64,000 nucleotides of DNA, taken from a bacterium. Lineage in GTDB: Bacteria > Hinthialibacterota > Hinthialibacteria > Hinthialibacterales > Hinthialibacteraceae. Shown piece after piece: positions 9,305 through 20,409 of the stretch (positions are counted from its first letter, which is position 1; each line of letters begins with the position of its first letter). Under the pieces are notes generated by a model. The model was given only the letters and a program-made list of their open reading frames with translations, did not search any database and was not told the origin of the DNA. Both the position numbers and the translations under genes were made by a program. The stretch covers positions 96,001-160,000 of the forward strand of contig CAXXSM010000076.1 in the NCBI GenBank assembly GCA_963663405.2, written 5' to 3'.

Positions 9305-9802
9305 TTATTCTTCATCGAAACTATGCTTGGCATCTATCAAGTATCTATAAAGCTGATTGCTCTTTTCTCGATATTCACCGAATTTAGAAGAAACGAATTT
9401 AAGAAATTCTTCACTCATAAATTGATCTCCTTGATAAAACTGTGAAAGCATCTCTACTTCTAAATCACCAATTCCATAAATACTTCCATAACCATCAAGC
9501 ACATCGATAATTTTAGAAAAAAACTTATCAAGCGATAATTTTTTATTCTCAAAGCTAAGGCAAAGAAAACCAAGTAATGTCTCACCATATCCTTCACTCA
9601 ATTTTTTACCTGAGTCCCTTTGATATTTTCTAAGAATGTTTAGCGCCGAATCAGAATCTGAACACAACGTTAAATCAATAAGCCAATATTGAGGTTTATC
9701 AGAAATATCTATTAATTCCTCTGTCCACTTTTTCAAAAAAGAAATATCGATAAAGCCTGACTGAATTCCCGCAAATAGGATATGAAATATTGATTCCTTC
9801 AT
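9305..9802 (-). CDS. AT-rich hypothetical protein (165 aa)
   Basis: ATG ORF with GAGGTGG SD. Much lower GC than its neighbours and flanked by REP-A copies. Confidence 0.75.
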   Translation of the reverse strand: MKESIFHILFAGIQSGFIDISFLKKWTEELIDISDKPQYWLIDLTLCSDSDSALNILRKYQRDSGKKLSEGYGETLLGFLCLSFENKKLSLDKFFSKIIDVLDGYGSIYGIGDLEVEMLSQFYQGDQFMSEEFLKFVSSKFGEYREKSNQLYRYLIDAKHSFDEE

Positions 9803-9865
9803 ATTTCCACCTCTAATTCTCGAAAAGCCTATACGTTGCGAGGAATTTTTTTAAGATGTTATGTC

Positions 9866-9906
9866 GCAGGTACCCAGGGCAAGGCGTTCTTACCCTGGCT
9901 AAATCC
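9866..9906 (+). repeat. REP-like family A copy
   Basis: GCAGGTACCCAGGGCAAGGCGTTCTTACCCTGGCTAAATCC, forming hairpin CCAGGGCAAG/CTTACCCTGG. Confidence 0.8.
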
Positions 9907-9958
9907 ACCAACCCTTAGAAAATCCCCCCCAACAATCAATCCGAAAGAAAAATCATCA

Positions 9959-12505
9959 TCACTCCCCACAACCCACCGACACCTGCACCCCACCGCCATT
10001 CGCCGTATAAAACAACCGTCCATTCGACGCATACGCCCCAACGCATTCCAACACATCCACCTGCGGGCCTGTGGATATCAATTTTGCGTTATCCGACAAA
10101 TCGTAGAGGTCCATGTTCGAGCCAATCAGGTATGGTTCTGAAATGTTGAAGCGGGTGCAGTTGTATCCCTTTGTTAATGTCTTTACAATCTTGCCGGTTT
10201 CTTTATCCAGTAAATAGCCGTTTTGATATTGCGCATGGGTGAAGAGATGTTCTTTCCCGATCGTGATCGCATGAATGGCGCCGAGGACCGGATCGGATTT
10301 CCAAACCAGAGAACCATCGCTGGCGTCAAGACACCATACCCGGTTGGTTTTTCCTTCGACTGGGTTGTAGCCGCCGAGATAGAGCCGTTTGTCCTTGCCT
10401 GTGATCGTGCAGCCCGCATGGACAGTGTATTCAACCGTCGACCAGAGAACTTCTCCATCCTCCGGCTTCATCGCCAAAGTGACGCCTTTCGCGTTGGGGA
10501 AGCCCCGGCGCGTTTTGGCTGAATCGCCGAAATAGCAGGAATAATAGAGAACGCCATCCATCAGACAGATCCCCACGTCATCCCCCCCGGCGCCGTATTC
10601 CGAGAAATCCTTGGTCCATAACACATCCCCCGTGTCCACATTCCACGCGCGCAGGAGTGGTTTATGATCCTTCGGGAATCCAAAAGTGCTCTGATGCTCG
10701 AACAGCCACGATTTCCCAGTAAATTTCCCCGTGCTGAATGGATAGAACGCCATGTTTTTATAAATAATAGGCGGCATTTGGCGGTTCCAACTTGGTGAGC
10801 CGGAAAACGGCGCTTCCCAAATTAAATTCCCCGTCTCCGCGTCCAGGCAGCGCAGCATGGATTTCTCAATCCCCGCCTGCGGTACTAAAATTCGCCCTTC
10901 GTAATACACCGGCGATGTGAACGAGACGTGCACACCCGGCCAATATCGCCTCCATAGCAAACGCCCCGTCTCCTGTTCGACCGCGAAAATCTGCCCTTCG
11001 GCTGTGTGGGTGTAGATCCGCCCTTCCCCACAGACGGAGAAGTGTTTGACCGTTCCTTTGTATTTCCGGATCCATTTCATCTTAAATGGCGGTTTGATTC
11101 CCTGTTCGTTGGCGTTTGAATTCGCCCAATCGCTGAAACTGGTAAAACGGTTGTATTTCGCATCCGTTTTCGATCCTGTGAGCGGACTTCGAATCCGCCA
11201 AAGTTCAAGATCTTTCTGTGGAAGCGGTTCCTCCCCATCCGGCCCTAATCCATACAAATATCCATCCTCACACCCAAAATACACCCGCCCGTCACAAACC
11301 GCGGCGGGCGCGGTAATCGCCTTCCCAAACGCGGTTTTAAATGACCAGACCTCCCCTTCTCCAGAAAGCGGAACGATATAAAGGCTCCCATCCAATCCTC
11401 CATAGATCGCCTGATCGCACAACAAAACCGGCGCCGCGATGGAGGGATATCCCCCTAAATATTGTGTTTCTTTCTCCGCCGAATGTTTACACAGCCCAAA
11501 ATTCTCTTCCGGACGGCAGCGGTACACCACGCCCTCACGCGCGCTTACCGAACTGAAACTGAGCGACCACGGAAGATCATTCCACGTCTTCGTTCCTGGA
11601 ACCTCGCTCTTTTCCACTTCTCCATTTCGAAATCGGAGCGCGTCCACCGCTCCCCGGTTGTCCCGCCGGTGCCACTGCCGGTAGATCGTTCCATCCTTAC
11701 TAATACTCAAACCCAACGTCGCGGGGCTTTCGCGGTTTGGATCGTTAAGAGCGTAGACTTTACGAACAACCGGCGCGTCGCCCGAATCTTCCAGCCACGC
11801 GAGCGATCCCCCCGCCGGGAGAACGAGCGTTTTCTGGTAGACCGCCAGATTCCGGACACAACAGAATTGATCTTCCCACGTCACCCGTCCATTCTTATGC
11901 TTGAGCCAATCCGCCCCACTCCAGCGGTTCCCCTTGAATCCCATCGTTTCTTTGACGAAATCCCACGTCCAACAGACTGTGCCATCCGGTTCGAGAGCGT
12001 ACACCTTCGAACCCAGCGTGGCGAAATATACACGGCCGTTCGAAACGGCGGGCGCGCTGAAAATCGGCTCTCCACAGACGATCTGTTTAATTACGCTTCC
12101 ATTCACCTTGTCCAGAACATAGTAATATCCAGTCATCGCGCCGAAATGAAGATATCGCCCTGCAATGGCCGGTGATGAAACATTGCTGCAGTTAGCAGCG
12201 CCACCAGGGCTTTGAAATTTCCAAATCAATTCCATCGTTTCCGCATTAACGCAGAACGCCGCTCCCGATCCATCCACGATGTACACTCGCCCATCCGAAA
12301 CGGCCGGCGCCGTAAACGCTGCGTCCGTCAATGGAACCGCGCCAAGTAAGCCCAATGGTGTACGAACGCTCCGATCGGCGGCGCCGCCCGAATGACCGGA
12401 ATCGAATTTGAATTGTGTCCAATCTTCTCCATAAACGGTAGAGAAACATAGTAAAGATAAAACAATTGAGAAACTGATTGTTGTATAAACAAATCGCGCC
12501 ATCAT
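9959..12505 (-). CDS. Secreted PQQ-like beta-propeller repeat protein (two propellers)
   Basis: Signal peptide then EDWTQFK. Many SSPA/APAV..GRVY..G.LY.LD..TG..IW repeats. Confidence 0.88.
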   Translation of the reverse strand: MMARFVYTTISFSIVLSLLCFSTVYGEDWTQFKFDSGHSGGAADRSVRTPLGLLGAVPLTDAAFTAPAVSDGRVYIVDGSGAAFCVNAETMELIWKFQSPGGAANCSNVSSPAIAGRYLHFGAMTGYYYVLDKVNGSVIKQIVCGEPIFSAPAVSNGRVYFATLGSKVYALEPDGTVCWTWDFVKETMGFKGNRWSGADWLKHKNGRVTWEDQFCCVRNLAVYQKTLVLPAGGSLAWLEDSGDAPVVRKVYALNDPNRESPATLGLSISKDGTIYRQWHRRDNRGAVDALRFRNGEVEKSEVPGTKTWNDLPWSLSFSSVSAREGVVYRCRPEENFGLCKHSAEKETQYLGGYPSIAAPVLLCDQAIYGGLDGSLYIVPLSGEGEVWSFKTAFGKAITAPAAVCDGRVYFGCEDGYLYGLGPDGEEPLPQKDLELWRIRSPLTGSKTDAKYNRFTSFSDWANSNANEQGIKPPFKMKWIRKYKGTVKHFSVCGEGRIYTHTAEGQIFAVEQETGRLLWRRYWPGVHVSFTSPVYYEGRILVPQAGIEKSMLRCLDAETGNLIWEAPFSGSPSWNRQMPPIIYKNMAFYPFSTGKFTGKSWLFEHQSTFGFPKDHKPLLRAWNVDTGDVLWTKDFSEYGAGGDDVGICLMDGVLYYSCYFGDSAKTRRGFPNAKGVTLAMKPEDGEVLWSTVEYTVHAGCTITGKDKRLYLGGYNPVEGKTNRVWCLDASDGSLVWKSDPVLGAIHAITIGKEHLFTHAQYQNGYLLDKETGKIVKTLTKGYNCTRFNISEPYLIGSNMDLYDLSDNAKLISTGPQVDVLECVGAYASNGRLFYTANGGGVQVSVGCGE

Positions 12506-12769
12506 CGATCCTCCCCATGCTAACAGTTTTATAGTGAAATAAAGGATTTTTCATCATATCATAAAAGATTGTCTCGAATATAGCGCTCTCGCCACGAGAA
12601 GAATTCACTCGTATTGGCATTGCCGTATTTTTCACAAGGAAATACCCTATAAGGTGTCCAAATCAATCCACCCTTGTTGATTCTCTTTTTGGATTTCTAG
12701 TGATGGGAGTGATGATTCCCGATTGGGGAGATTTAACGATGGATGGAATAAACAATATGAGGTGCAGTC

Positions 12770-13336
12770 ATGCGGTATTTCCAAAAAGGTTTCACACTGA
12801 TTGAATTGCTCATTGTCGTCGCCATCATTGGAATTCTCGCGGCGATCGCCGTGCCGAATTTTCTGAACGCCCAGATGCGGGCCAAAATCACCCGCGTAAA
12901 AGCCGATTTCCGGGCGATCGACACATCGTTCCAGAGTTATATGCTCGATAATAACCACTATCCGCCCGATGTCGGTGGGCCTTGCGAGGATGTGCTCGCG
13001 TATTATCGGCTTACGACACCGATCGCGTATATTTCAAATCTCAGCGTTTTCAAGGATTATTTTACAAACGAAAATCCGGAAGGCGCGATCGGCGCGGCTT
13101 GCGAGTTTAACTATTATGATTATGGAATGGTTCCCTACATCACCGAATCTGGCGTGGGTTACGTTGTCATCAGTTTTGGCCCGGACCGGGATCTGGATAT
13201 GGGCTGGAACACAAATTCAATGGACGCGTTGAAACGAAATGACGCCCCCAATTTATCGTTCTTATACGATTCATCGAACGGCCTTATTTCATCCGGCGAC
13301 CTGATCTTAACCGGTCTCGGCATCCACAATAAATAA
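12770..13336 (+). CDS. Pilin-like protein (paralog 2)
   Basis: KG|FTLIELLIVVAIIGILAAIAVPNFLNAQMRAK class III signal, GAGGTG SD, LTTPIAY, FGPD and YDSSNGLISSGD. Confidence 0.95.
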   Translation: MRYFQKGFTLIELLIVVAIIGILAAIAVPNFLNAQMRAKITRVKADFRAIDTSFQSYMLDNNHYPPDVGGPCEDVLAYYRLTTPIAYISNLSVFKDYFTNENPEGAIGAACEFNYYDYGMVPYITESGVGYVVISFGPDRDLDMGWNTNSMDALKRNDAPNLSFLYDSSNGLISSGDLILTGLGIHNK

Positions 13337-13551
13337 ATGGAGCGCGAGCGTCTCGCCCGTGACTTAGCGGGCGCCCCACCTGTAACTTAGTGTAACTTAG
13401 CGGGTACCCAGGGCAAGGCGTTTTTTCTACCCTAACCTAAATCCCGCAAACCTCCCACTAATCCCCTCCATCATGTTTTCACGGATACCCACGGCAAGTA
13501 CCGACGCTCGCGCCGGAGCCTTTGCGTTTCCTCTGCCCTGGCCTAAATCCC
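13337..13551. repeat. Mosaic (BIME-like) cluster of REP-B and REP-A copies
   Basis: ATGGAGCGCGAGCGTCTCGCCCGTGA (13337), TGTAACTTAG x2 (13381-13400), REP-A at 13400-13445, and an interrupted REP-A at 13482-13551 containing the inverted REP-B core GACGCTCGCGC. Confidence 0.75.
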
Positions 13552-14433
13552 TCATTCTGTACACTCCATCACCACACGGAAACCAAGGCTATAATGAAAA
13601 TCGATCTGCTGTTCAAATCCACGGGACGCCGACCGGTTTTTGTCTGGGGGATTCATTGTACTGCCGCCTCGGAAAACACGAGACGTTAATGGCAAACTCA
13701 ACATGGACAAAGGCCCTTTCGGATCAATCTGCGCGCCACGTTCGCAAGGCTCCTGCCACTGGTCCGAGCACCATTCCGCCACGTTACCAAGCATGTCATA
13801 CAATCCCCAGGCATTCGGCTCTTTCTGACCCACTTCCATCGCCAAGTCCGAATCCGTGTTTCGCCGGCTCCACATATAGTCATCCGCATTGTCCGCGGAA
13901 TCGCCGAAGAAGAAGGACGTGTCCGTTCCCGCCCGGCAGGCGTATTCCCATTCCGCTTCCGTCGGAAGCCGGAACGTCCCAAGGTCTTTTTTATTCAGCT
14001 TCTTGATGAACGAACTGCATTGGGACCACGAGAGTTTCGTTGCGGGAAAATCCGGCCCAATGGCGATATGTTTTCTTTTTTGAAAGGGATTTTGTTCTGT
14101 CACCGCTTCCCATTGCCCTTGGGTGAACTCGTATTTCCCCATATAGAACGGCTTGGAGATTGTCACGGTATGCGGCGGCCATTCCCGATTCGAACGTCCA
14201 CACTCGTCTTCCGGCGAACCCATCGTAAACGTCCCGGCGGGGATCAATACCATCTCCAACGCCTTCGCGTCATCCGGAAGATTCGGCAAATCAATGGTAA
14301 TCGTCTTCTCCAGAGCGTCCGCTTCAGCCTCCGATCCGCAGGATAGGGCAAGCAGGAGAAAGATCAGTATACCGATGATTCCATAGAAAGAAAAAAACTT
14401 GATCGCGAAATGCTTTAGGGCGGCACAGTTCAT
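13552..14433 (-). CDS. Formylglycine-generating enzyme (SUMF1/FGE-sulfatase) family protein, probable lipoprotein
   Basis: IPAGTFTMGS, FRLPTEAEWEYACRAG, PNAWGLYDMLGNVAEWC, RGGS and LGFRV motifs. LALSC lipobox-like sequence. Confidence 0.92.
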   Translation of the reverse strand: MNCAALKHFAIKFFSFYGIIGILIFLLLALSCGSEAEADALEKTITIDLPNLPDDAKALEMVLIPAGTFTMGSPEDECGRSNREWPPHTVTISKPFYMGKYEFTQGQWEAVTEQNPFQKRKHIAIGPDFPATKLSWSQCSSFIKKLNKKDLGTFRLPTEAEWEYACRAGTDTSFFFGDSADNADDYMWSRRNTDSDLAMEVGQKEPNAWGLYDMLGNVAEWCSDQWQEPCERGAQIDPKGPLSMLSLPLTSRVFRGGSTMNPPDKNRSASRGFEQQIDFHYSLGFRVVMECTE

Positions 14434-14758
14434 TGCGCTCCTCCATCAACACATGGATTTTGGATCGTCCCTGCTGAATCATATTTGTAGTTCATTTGGC
14501 TCATCCAGTAGAGAGGGATCGTATAGAAAGAACTTTATAATATAAAGAACTTTCTCAATACTACTCTAAAACGAGATCCAATGCAAGTGCGTTTTATATT
14601 TTTTGGGGATTAATTTTTTGCATCACGGATGAGGTAGGATAAACACGGATTTTTTTCCGTGCAATACGTGAATATCGGAACTCTCCTTGATGTACAAAGA
14701 GAAAGGCTTTGTCAAGAAATCCCGTTGGATGCGCCAAGAGAACAATCCAAACAGGCTC

Positions 14759-17476
14759 TCACTCCATTGGAATTCCCGCCGCGTTAGCATGGCCAAGGGC
14801 TGCGGCTTGCGCGTAGTTCAACGTTTTATTGCGCAATTGTACGCTGTTGATATACCCACCGATCGTCTGGTTGTCATTATCCGCCATCAGCAGGACTTCC
14901 GGACCGAGTGACCACCGGCCATCCAATTCGATCCCGCTGGTATTGATCTGCACAAGGCCGCCATCGATATAGCTATGCATAACGCCAGCGGCGGCGTCCA
15001 CTGCCAAAACCACTCGATGCCACTGCCCCGCCGTCATCTGCCCGCCGAAATTACCCGCCGCGCCGATCGCTCCATCCGCTCGAATAAACCAATCGGCGTC
15101 GTCCGCGTTCGTTGGATCCGTTTGCCACAAGCCGGCCATTCCCAACGCGTCGATGGATATATCCATGATAAGGGTATATTGATTTATACGGGTTCCACCC
15201 CCGTTGGGTTGCAGACCGTGGATCATACGGAAATATGTGCCTTGTTCGTAACGAACCATACCAGCGCTGGTTACATTGATCATCTGCTCTGAAAAACTGA
15301 AATCAGGAACCGCCGGGGGATTGATGGCGCCGATTTCAAGTGGAGCGGCTCCCGTCGATGAAGAAAGATCCCCATCAAAATCCCATTGCGCGATTTGCAG
15401 CGCCGGAATGGGTGTCGGCGTCCCGGTCTCCTCCGGCGCCGGGGTGACTGTCGGCGTCGGTGTCGGAGTGGATGTGGATTCTAATTGTGGTTCTGTCGGT
15501 ACCGGTGTCGGCGTAGATTGAGATTCACCCTCCGATGTTTCCTCTTCGCTGGAGGCTCCGCTGGGATCGTATTCGATGTTGTTTGTAATCAGGATTTTAT
15601 CGAGTTTCGTTCCATCTTCCCTCTGTTTGACGACAAACGAGTGCACTCCCGCGTCTAACGTGAATATCACGGGATTTGAATTGTCGGCGCCTTCGGGAAC
15701 TTGATTGACCTGATCCCATACCCACGTTTCATACCCCCCCAGTTTCGTATTCCAGACAATCTCCTGTCCTCCATCCATAGAGACATAGAACGAGTTGCTG
15801 TTCCCCCAATTGGAGATCTCCCGCCCCCAGATGGTATAAGTCCCGGCCTGTTTGACAGAGAATGCGTATTCTACATAACCATTCTCCAAGCCCCCTTCAC
15901 CTTGGGGAACCCAGATAAACGCGCCGGCGATGGCGTCCGGCTCCTCTCGCATCGGCGCGTGAAGCACACCCGCTTCCGCTTCCAGCCACAACACTTCACT
16001 CGGTTTCCCATCCAACTCAACCGAAACCATTGCCGGCACAGGTAGAATCTCAATCGTCACCGTATCGCTGATTGGTGAATGAACCTCGTCATTGACTGTG
16101 AAATAGAGTTCATACGTTCCTTCGGCGTTTGGTGTAAAGATCGGATTCGCGATGAACTTGTTCGAAAATTGATTGAGATTTTTATCCGGTCCGGATAAGA
16201 TGAACCAGGAATAAGTATATGTGCCGTCCCCGCCTGTCGCGTGTCCATTTAATGGTACCGGGACTTTCCCCGCGATCTGAAGATCTTCCCCCGCATCCGC
16301 GACGAGAGGTGTGATGTTGATCGGAGGCATCAGTTCGCTATCATCTGAATCCGGACTGGCGGATGGGTCGAGGGCTTCATCATCCGGTGTATAAATTAAA
16401 TCATTTGTAATCAAGAGCCGGTCAAGCTTCGTCCCCGCCTCCCGCTGTTTCACTCGCAGCGTATGTTCTCCCTCCGTCAACAAAAATCGGACAGGTTCAA
16501 TATTCCCACCCAATTCATCCCCCTCGCTGACCGGATCCCACACCCACGTGTTATATCCGCCCATTGTAGTGTTCCACACCACTTCTTCTCCCCCATCAAC
16601 GGAAACATAGAACGAGTTGCTGAGACCGTCATTGGATATTTCCCGCCCCCAAACCTGATAATAACCGGTCAATGGCACAGTAAAATCATACTCTGCGTAT
16701 CCCTCTTCTCCGCCGCCCTGATCATCCGCTACCCAAACATATTTTCCATCCTGCGCGGTTTCATCCAATTTAATGGTCATCGGTGGGAATAGAATTCCCG
16801 ACTCTGCTTCCATGAGTGTCATCGTTGGACGAACGGTAATGGTAATCGTATCATTCGCAGGCGGATTCACTCCGTCTTTTACAATGAAATACAGAACGTA
16901 CGTTCCCGGCGACTTCGGCGTGAAAAGAGGATCGGGAGCTGAATTGGTCGAAAATTGGTCTAAAGAAACATTCGGACCGGATAGAACTGACCAGGAATAC
17001 GTATAATTTGCGGTTCCACCCGTCGCAAATCCATTTAATACGATGGGCGAAAAAATCTCCTGATCCTCTCCGGCGTCAGCGGTGATTGGACTCTCCTCTT
17101 CGGGATTGTAACCTGGAGTACTTTCGTCCCCCTCTCCTATCGTAAACGAGATTTCTTCGGAAAACTCGCTCTCATTGAAATACTTGTTATACGATTTCAG
17201 GGCAAAAAAATAAGTTCGGCCTTCCTCCAAATGGGTAATTGTATATGTGTTCACATTCCCTACATCAATCACCGAATCGTATAATCCACTCTGCGTTCCA
17301 TAATAAACATTGAAACCGGTCTGCGTGGAATTAGGATGAGGATCCCAGGTAAGAGTCACCTCTCCAGCGCCGCTGGATTGGGATTGCGATAGAACGGCTG
17401 TAACTATAATGAAAAAAATAAGAAGGCTTGGATACCTATTTAAAAACCAATTCAGTGGATAATGAGAGGAAACCAT
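14759..17476 (-). CDS. Secreted modular protein: FN3 + 2x(PKD-like + CBM-like) + PT linker + LamG-like
   Basis: Signal peptide, FN3 (VTLTWDP..GFNVYYG..YFFALKSYN), duplicated ADAGED..EAE.G..WGREISN..SNSFYVS..GTKLD module, TPTPTP linker, AQWDFDG/WHRVV LamG. Confidence 0.85.
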   Translation of the reverse strand: MVSSHYPLNWFLNRYPSLLIFFIIVTAVLSQSQSSGAGEVTLTWDPHPNSTQTGFNVYYGTQSGLYDSVIDVGNVNTYTITHLEEGRTYFFALKSYNKYFNESEFSEEISFTIGEGDESTPGYNPEEESPITADAGEDQEIFSPIVLNGFATGGTANYTYSWSVLSGPNVSLDQFSTNSAPDPLFTPKSPGTYVLYFIVKDGVNPPANDTITITVRPTMTLMEAESGILFPPMTIKLDETAQDGKYVWVADDQGGGEEGYAEYDFTVPLTGYYQVWGREISNDGLSNSFYVSVDGGEEVVWNTTMGGYNTWVWDPVSEGDELGGNIEPVRFLLTEGEHTLRVKQREAGTKLDRLLITNDLIYTPDDEALDPSASPDSDDSELMPPINITPLVADAGEDLQIAGKVPVPLNGHATGGDGTYTYSWFILSGPDKNLNQFSNKFIANPIFTPNAEGTYELYFTVNDEVHSPISDTVTIEILPVPAMVSVELDGKPSEVLWLEAEAGVLHAPMREEPDAIAGAFIWVPQGEGGLENGYVEYAFSVKQAGTYTIWGREISNWGNSNSFYVSMDGGQEIVWNTKLGGYETWVWDQVNQVPEGADNSNPVIFTLDAGVHSFVVKQREDGTKLDKILITNNIEYDPSGASSEEETSEGESQSTPTPVPTEPQLESTSTPTPTPTVTPAPEETGTPTPIPALQIAQWDFDGDLSSSTGAAPLEIGAINPPAVPDFSFSEQMINVTSAGMVRYEQGTYFRMIHGLQPNGGGTRINQYTLIMDISIDALGMAGLWQTDPTNADDADWFIRADGAIGAAGNFGGQMTAGQWHRVVLAVDAAAGVMHSYIDGGLVQINTSGIELDGRWSLGPEVLLMADNDNQTIGGYINSVQLRNKTLNYAQAAALGHANAAGIPME

Positions 17477-18044
17477 AATAAGAACCTTCCCTCCTCCCGG
17501 TCAAACAACACAGGAGAAAGCAAATTCGACCGAATGACTGCCTGTAATCAAAGGTTCATCCTAGTGATTATGTTTATTTATTAAACCATCATGATCGAAA
17601 ACACAACGATGAAAGGCCAAGGCATGTTTTTTTCTGCCCTGACATAATTCTGTATTACTTCAATTTAAGATCGGCCGCGTTTTCGACCTGCAAATCTGAA
17701 AATTTATTATACCTTTTAATTTACATTATGTCAAATTACATTTCCTTTTAATTCATTATATTCAATTTTATCCTTCAATCATATTCTGATAGCGAATAAT
17801 TTCGGAAAAACGAAATGATTAATAGAAAAAGGATTACAAAATCGCTTGAATTAGTCGATCTATAATAACTCAATATGCGGAACAAATATATTTCGTTACG
17901 AGCATAACTATATTCTACAGCAATTTGAATAAAATAGATGATTTTTTCTAGTAATTTGATAACTACAGGATGAGATTTTCAATGAATTTGTAGCAATTAT
18001 TCATGTATTCTATTTGTAGCAAGTGGATGATCGGTATTGAATCA

Positions 18045-19022
18045 TTACCGGCCCTTTGAATCTTTGGAAAAGGTCATTCGTGAGGATGGTTGGGCGCGCT
18101 GACTAGGCGCGCTGGGTGTCGATTTCGTTTCACTCGCTCGGGCGATGGATGGGCTGGAGGATGAAGTTTGATTGATCTTTGCGTTGATCCCATCTTCGAT
18201 CGTATCGATATGACTAATGATTTCTTGTTTCTGTGATATCACACGGTCGATTCGGATAATCTCATTCAACTGTTGCCGCAGCGTTTCCTTCAGTACTTTT
18301 ACATTAGAGAGTTGCAACGTCGATTGTGATATTTTGCTGGCTTGAAAACTGCTCGATTGGCTCTGAAGAGATTTCAATCGCTCATGCACTGCGTTAAACA
18401 GATCCTCATCCCCCGCCTGCGCCGCGTCTATCCGGAGTTTTTCCAGCAATACGCTTCGCAGATTCTCATAAAAATCGATCTCCAATACGATTACGTTTTT
18501 CCAGCATTGAATTAAATTTAGGCGCCCGGCCAAAGCTTCGTGGATTTTCGTACCTAAATCGGACAGTTCCTTGGAATAGGAGGCTTTCAGGCTTTGGATT
18601 TCCCGCCGGTATTGAGTCCGGGCGCTCGTCTGGCAATCCGGCTTCTGGATTTCCTTCTGCAGATTGTTGTACCGTTTGATTCCCGGTTTGCTCTCGATTT
18701 GTTGGATGGATGTTTCCGTCACCGAGAGTGGACCGGCGATCTTATCCGCGCTATCCCTCTGTTTGTTTAATTTCTTGATGATATCGACCACCCATGCGGG
18801 TAATTGTATGTTCGATCCTTCCGGCGTTTTGATGACGGCGTCCAGTTCCTCAAATGTCGCGAATGGGCCAAACTCTTTTTCTTGTCCTTCAACAGGAACT
18901 TTCATCGCAAGAGATTGCACTTCTTCAATCTCGCAATCGATCTGACCAACGACTTTGGATGGTTCTCCATTTGCTAATAATATAATTAAATTTCGCAGGT
19001 CTGCTTTTGCCGCCATGTTCAC
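18045..19022 (-). CDS. Coiled-coil hypothetical protein
   Basis: Long ORF with helical Q/E/K/L-rich composition and a Ser/Pro-rich tail. Start may be the ATG at 19016. Confidence 0.75.
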   Translation of the reverse strand: MNMAAKADLRNLIILLANGEPSKVVGQIDCEIEEVQSLAMKVPVEGQEKEFGPFATFEELDAVIKTPEGSNIQLPAWVVDIIKKLNKQRDSADKIAGPLSVTETSIQQIESKPGIKRYNNLQKEIQKPDCQTSARTQYRREIQSLKASYSKELSDLGTKIHEALAGRLNLIQCWKNVIVLEIDFYENLRSVLLEKLRIDAAQAGDEDLFNAVHERLKSLQSQSSSFQASKISQSTLQLSNVKVLKETLRQQLNEIIRIDRVISQKQEIISHIDTIEDGINAKINQTSSSSPSIARASETKSTPSAPSQRAQPSSRMTFSKDSKGR

Positions 19023-19752
19023 CTGTTCAAATACTTGATACTATTGGTTTTCCTTGTCGCGAATCAATTCTTCTCATTGACAACCGGGCCGGCTTCGTTT
19101 ATTGGATATAATATCTTATATAATATAATCAAAATTGAAATCAATTTCAAATCGTATGAATCCACAGATAATTATTTTTTTTCTATTTTTTAAAATTGCT
19201 GTTCCTGTCTCATGATCAATTACCGAATGGTTGGGCTTTCCAGATTTAGGCCAAAAAAATACCGTCTATTGCTTTTCACAATACGAGTTATATGAGTAAA
19301 TTGTTTGTTTTTGCGGTATTATATTATTATTAGAAATACATTATCTTTATTTCTATCTTCATAAATGCGCTTTAAATTCCAATGCCTTGTTTCTCACGAG
19401 GCTCAATCCCCAACTCTCTTCGATAATTTTCTTTCTAATTCATTATAATGGGGAAAAAAGAAAACGCTACATTGTATCTGCAGGTTATTTGCTCCCCCTA
19501 TTATATCCACTGGAATTGAAGAGTATCGTGAATCCTGATTTTCGATAAAATATATTTTATAATATGAATCTAATTAATTTGAAATCCTGGACACCGTCTT
19601 TTCTTTCAAACCGCAATACGAATTTGAAGAAAGGAAACCTAAGGATACAAATCGATGTATTATGTGGAACGCTGGAGGTTGGTTTTTCATTTAACACTTA
19701 CAAGAAAAAACAGAATCGCCTGAATAACAAGGCGTCACGAGGGAGAAGAACA

Positions 19753-20409
19753 ATGGGGAAAAAAAGGAATGTATTGCATGGATTCACGTTGATTGAACTG
19801 CTCATCGTCGTCGCCATTATTGGAGTGCTCGCGGCGATCGCCGTTCCGAATTTTCTGAATGCGCAGATCCGCGCGAAAGTGTCGCGCTGCTACGCCGATA
19901 CAAAAGCGCTCGGAACGACCATTGAAATCCTGCGGATGGATAAAGGCGTGATGCTGGTCGATTGGTGGGACGACGACCGGGAATGGGGTCATGAGCGTCT
20001 CCGCACGATCTTCAACATGGTCGGCGCTGGAGACTTCGAAGCGCGGGGCCGTAACGCCGTGCTTGCGCCGTTGACGAGTCCTGTCAACTACATGTCATCT
20101 ATTCCAAAAGATCCGTTTCAAAGCCCGGCGATCGATGGCGGCTGCTACTATTATTACCTCGACAACGATCCCGAAGATCCAACCGACGATCACGATTTCC
20201 CCGCCTACAAAGAAGGCACAGCCGAAGTGTATGGCAACAAACCGTTGAAATCGGGAGAATGGGCCATCGGCGGTATCGGCCCTGATGGGGAATGGTACGG
20301 GGCGACATGGACCGACGCCACCTCCAACGCCCGTGGCAGCAAATACGATCCCAGCAACGGCCTCTCCAGCCGCGGCGATATCATGCTCACCTCCCGTGGG
20401 ATCGATTAA
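19753..20409 (+). CDS. Pilin-like protein (paralog 3)
   Basis: Start reassigned to MGKKRNVLHG|FTLIELL (GAGGGAG SD). LTSPVNY..IPKDPF, IGPD and YDPSNGLSSRGD. Confidence 0.93.
   Translation: MGKKRNVLHGFTLIELLIVVAIIGVLAAIAVPNFLNAQIRAKVSRCYADTKALGTTIEILRMDKGVMLVDWWDDDREWGHERLRTIFNMVGAGDFEARGRNAVLAPLTSPVNYMSSIPKDPFQSPAIDGGCYYYYLDNDPEDPTDDHDFPAYKEGTAEVYGNKPLKSGEWAIGGIGPDGEWYGATWTDATSNARGSKYDPSNGLSSRGDIMLTSRGID

Noticed and set aside
12647-12958. Recurrent antisense ORFs opposite pilin genes (also 19735-19992, 27665-28006, 28914-29117, 46654-46866)
   Set aside because: These are shadows of the conserved pilin N-terminal coding sequence. Their mutual similarity is explained by the sense strand.
13337-13551. 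CRISPR-like array
   Set aside because: The repeats are of mixed types, irregularly spaced and degenerate, with no constant repeat-spacer period and no cas genes.
17477-19752. Riboswitch or ncRNA in the long AT-rich spacers (17477-18044, 19023-19752, also 23059-23551)
   Set aside because: No recognisable aptamer consensus or strong structure by eye. An Rfam/Infernal search would be needed.
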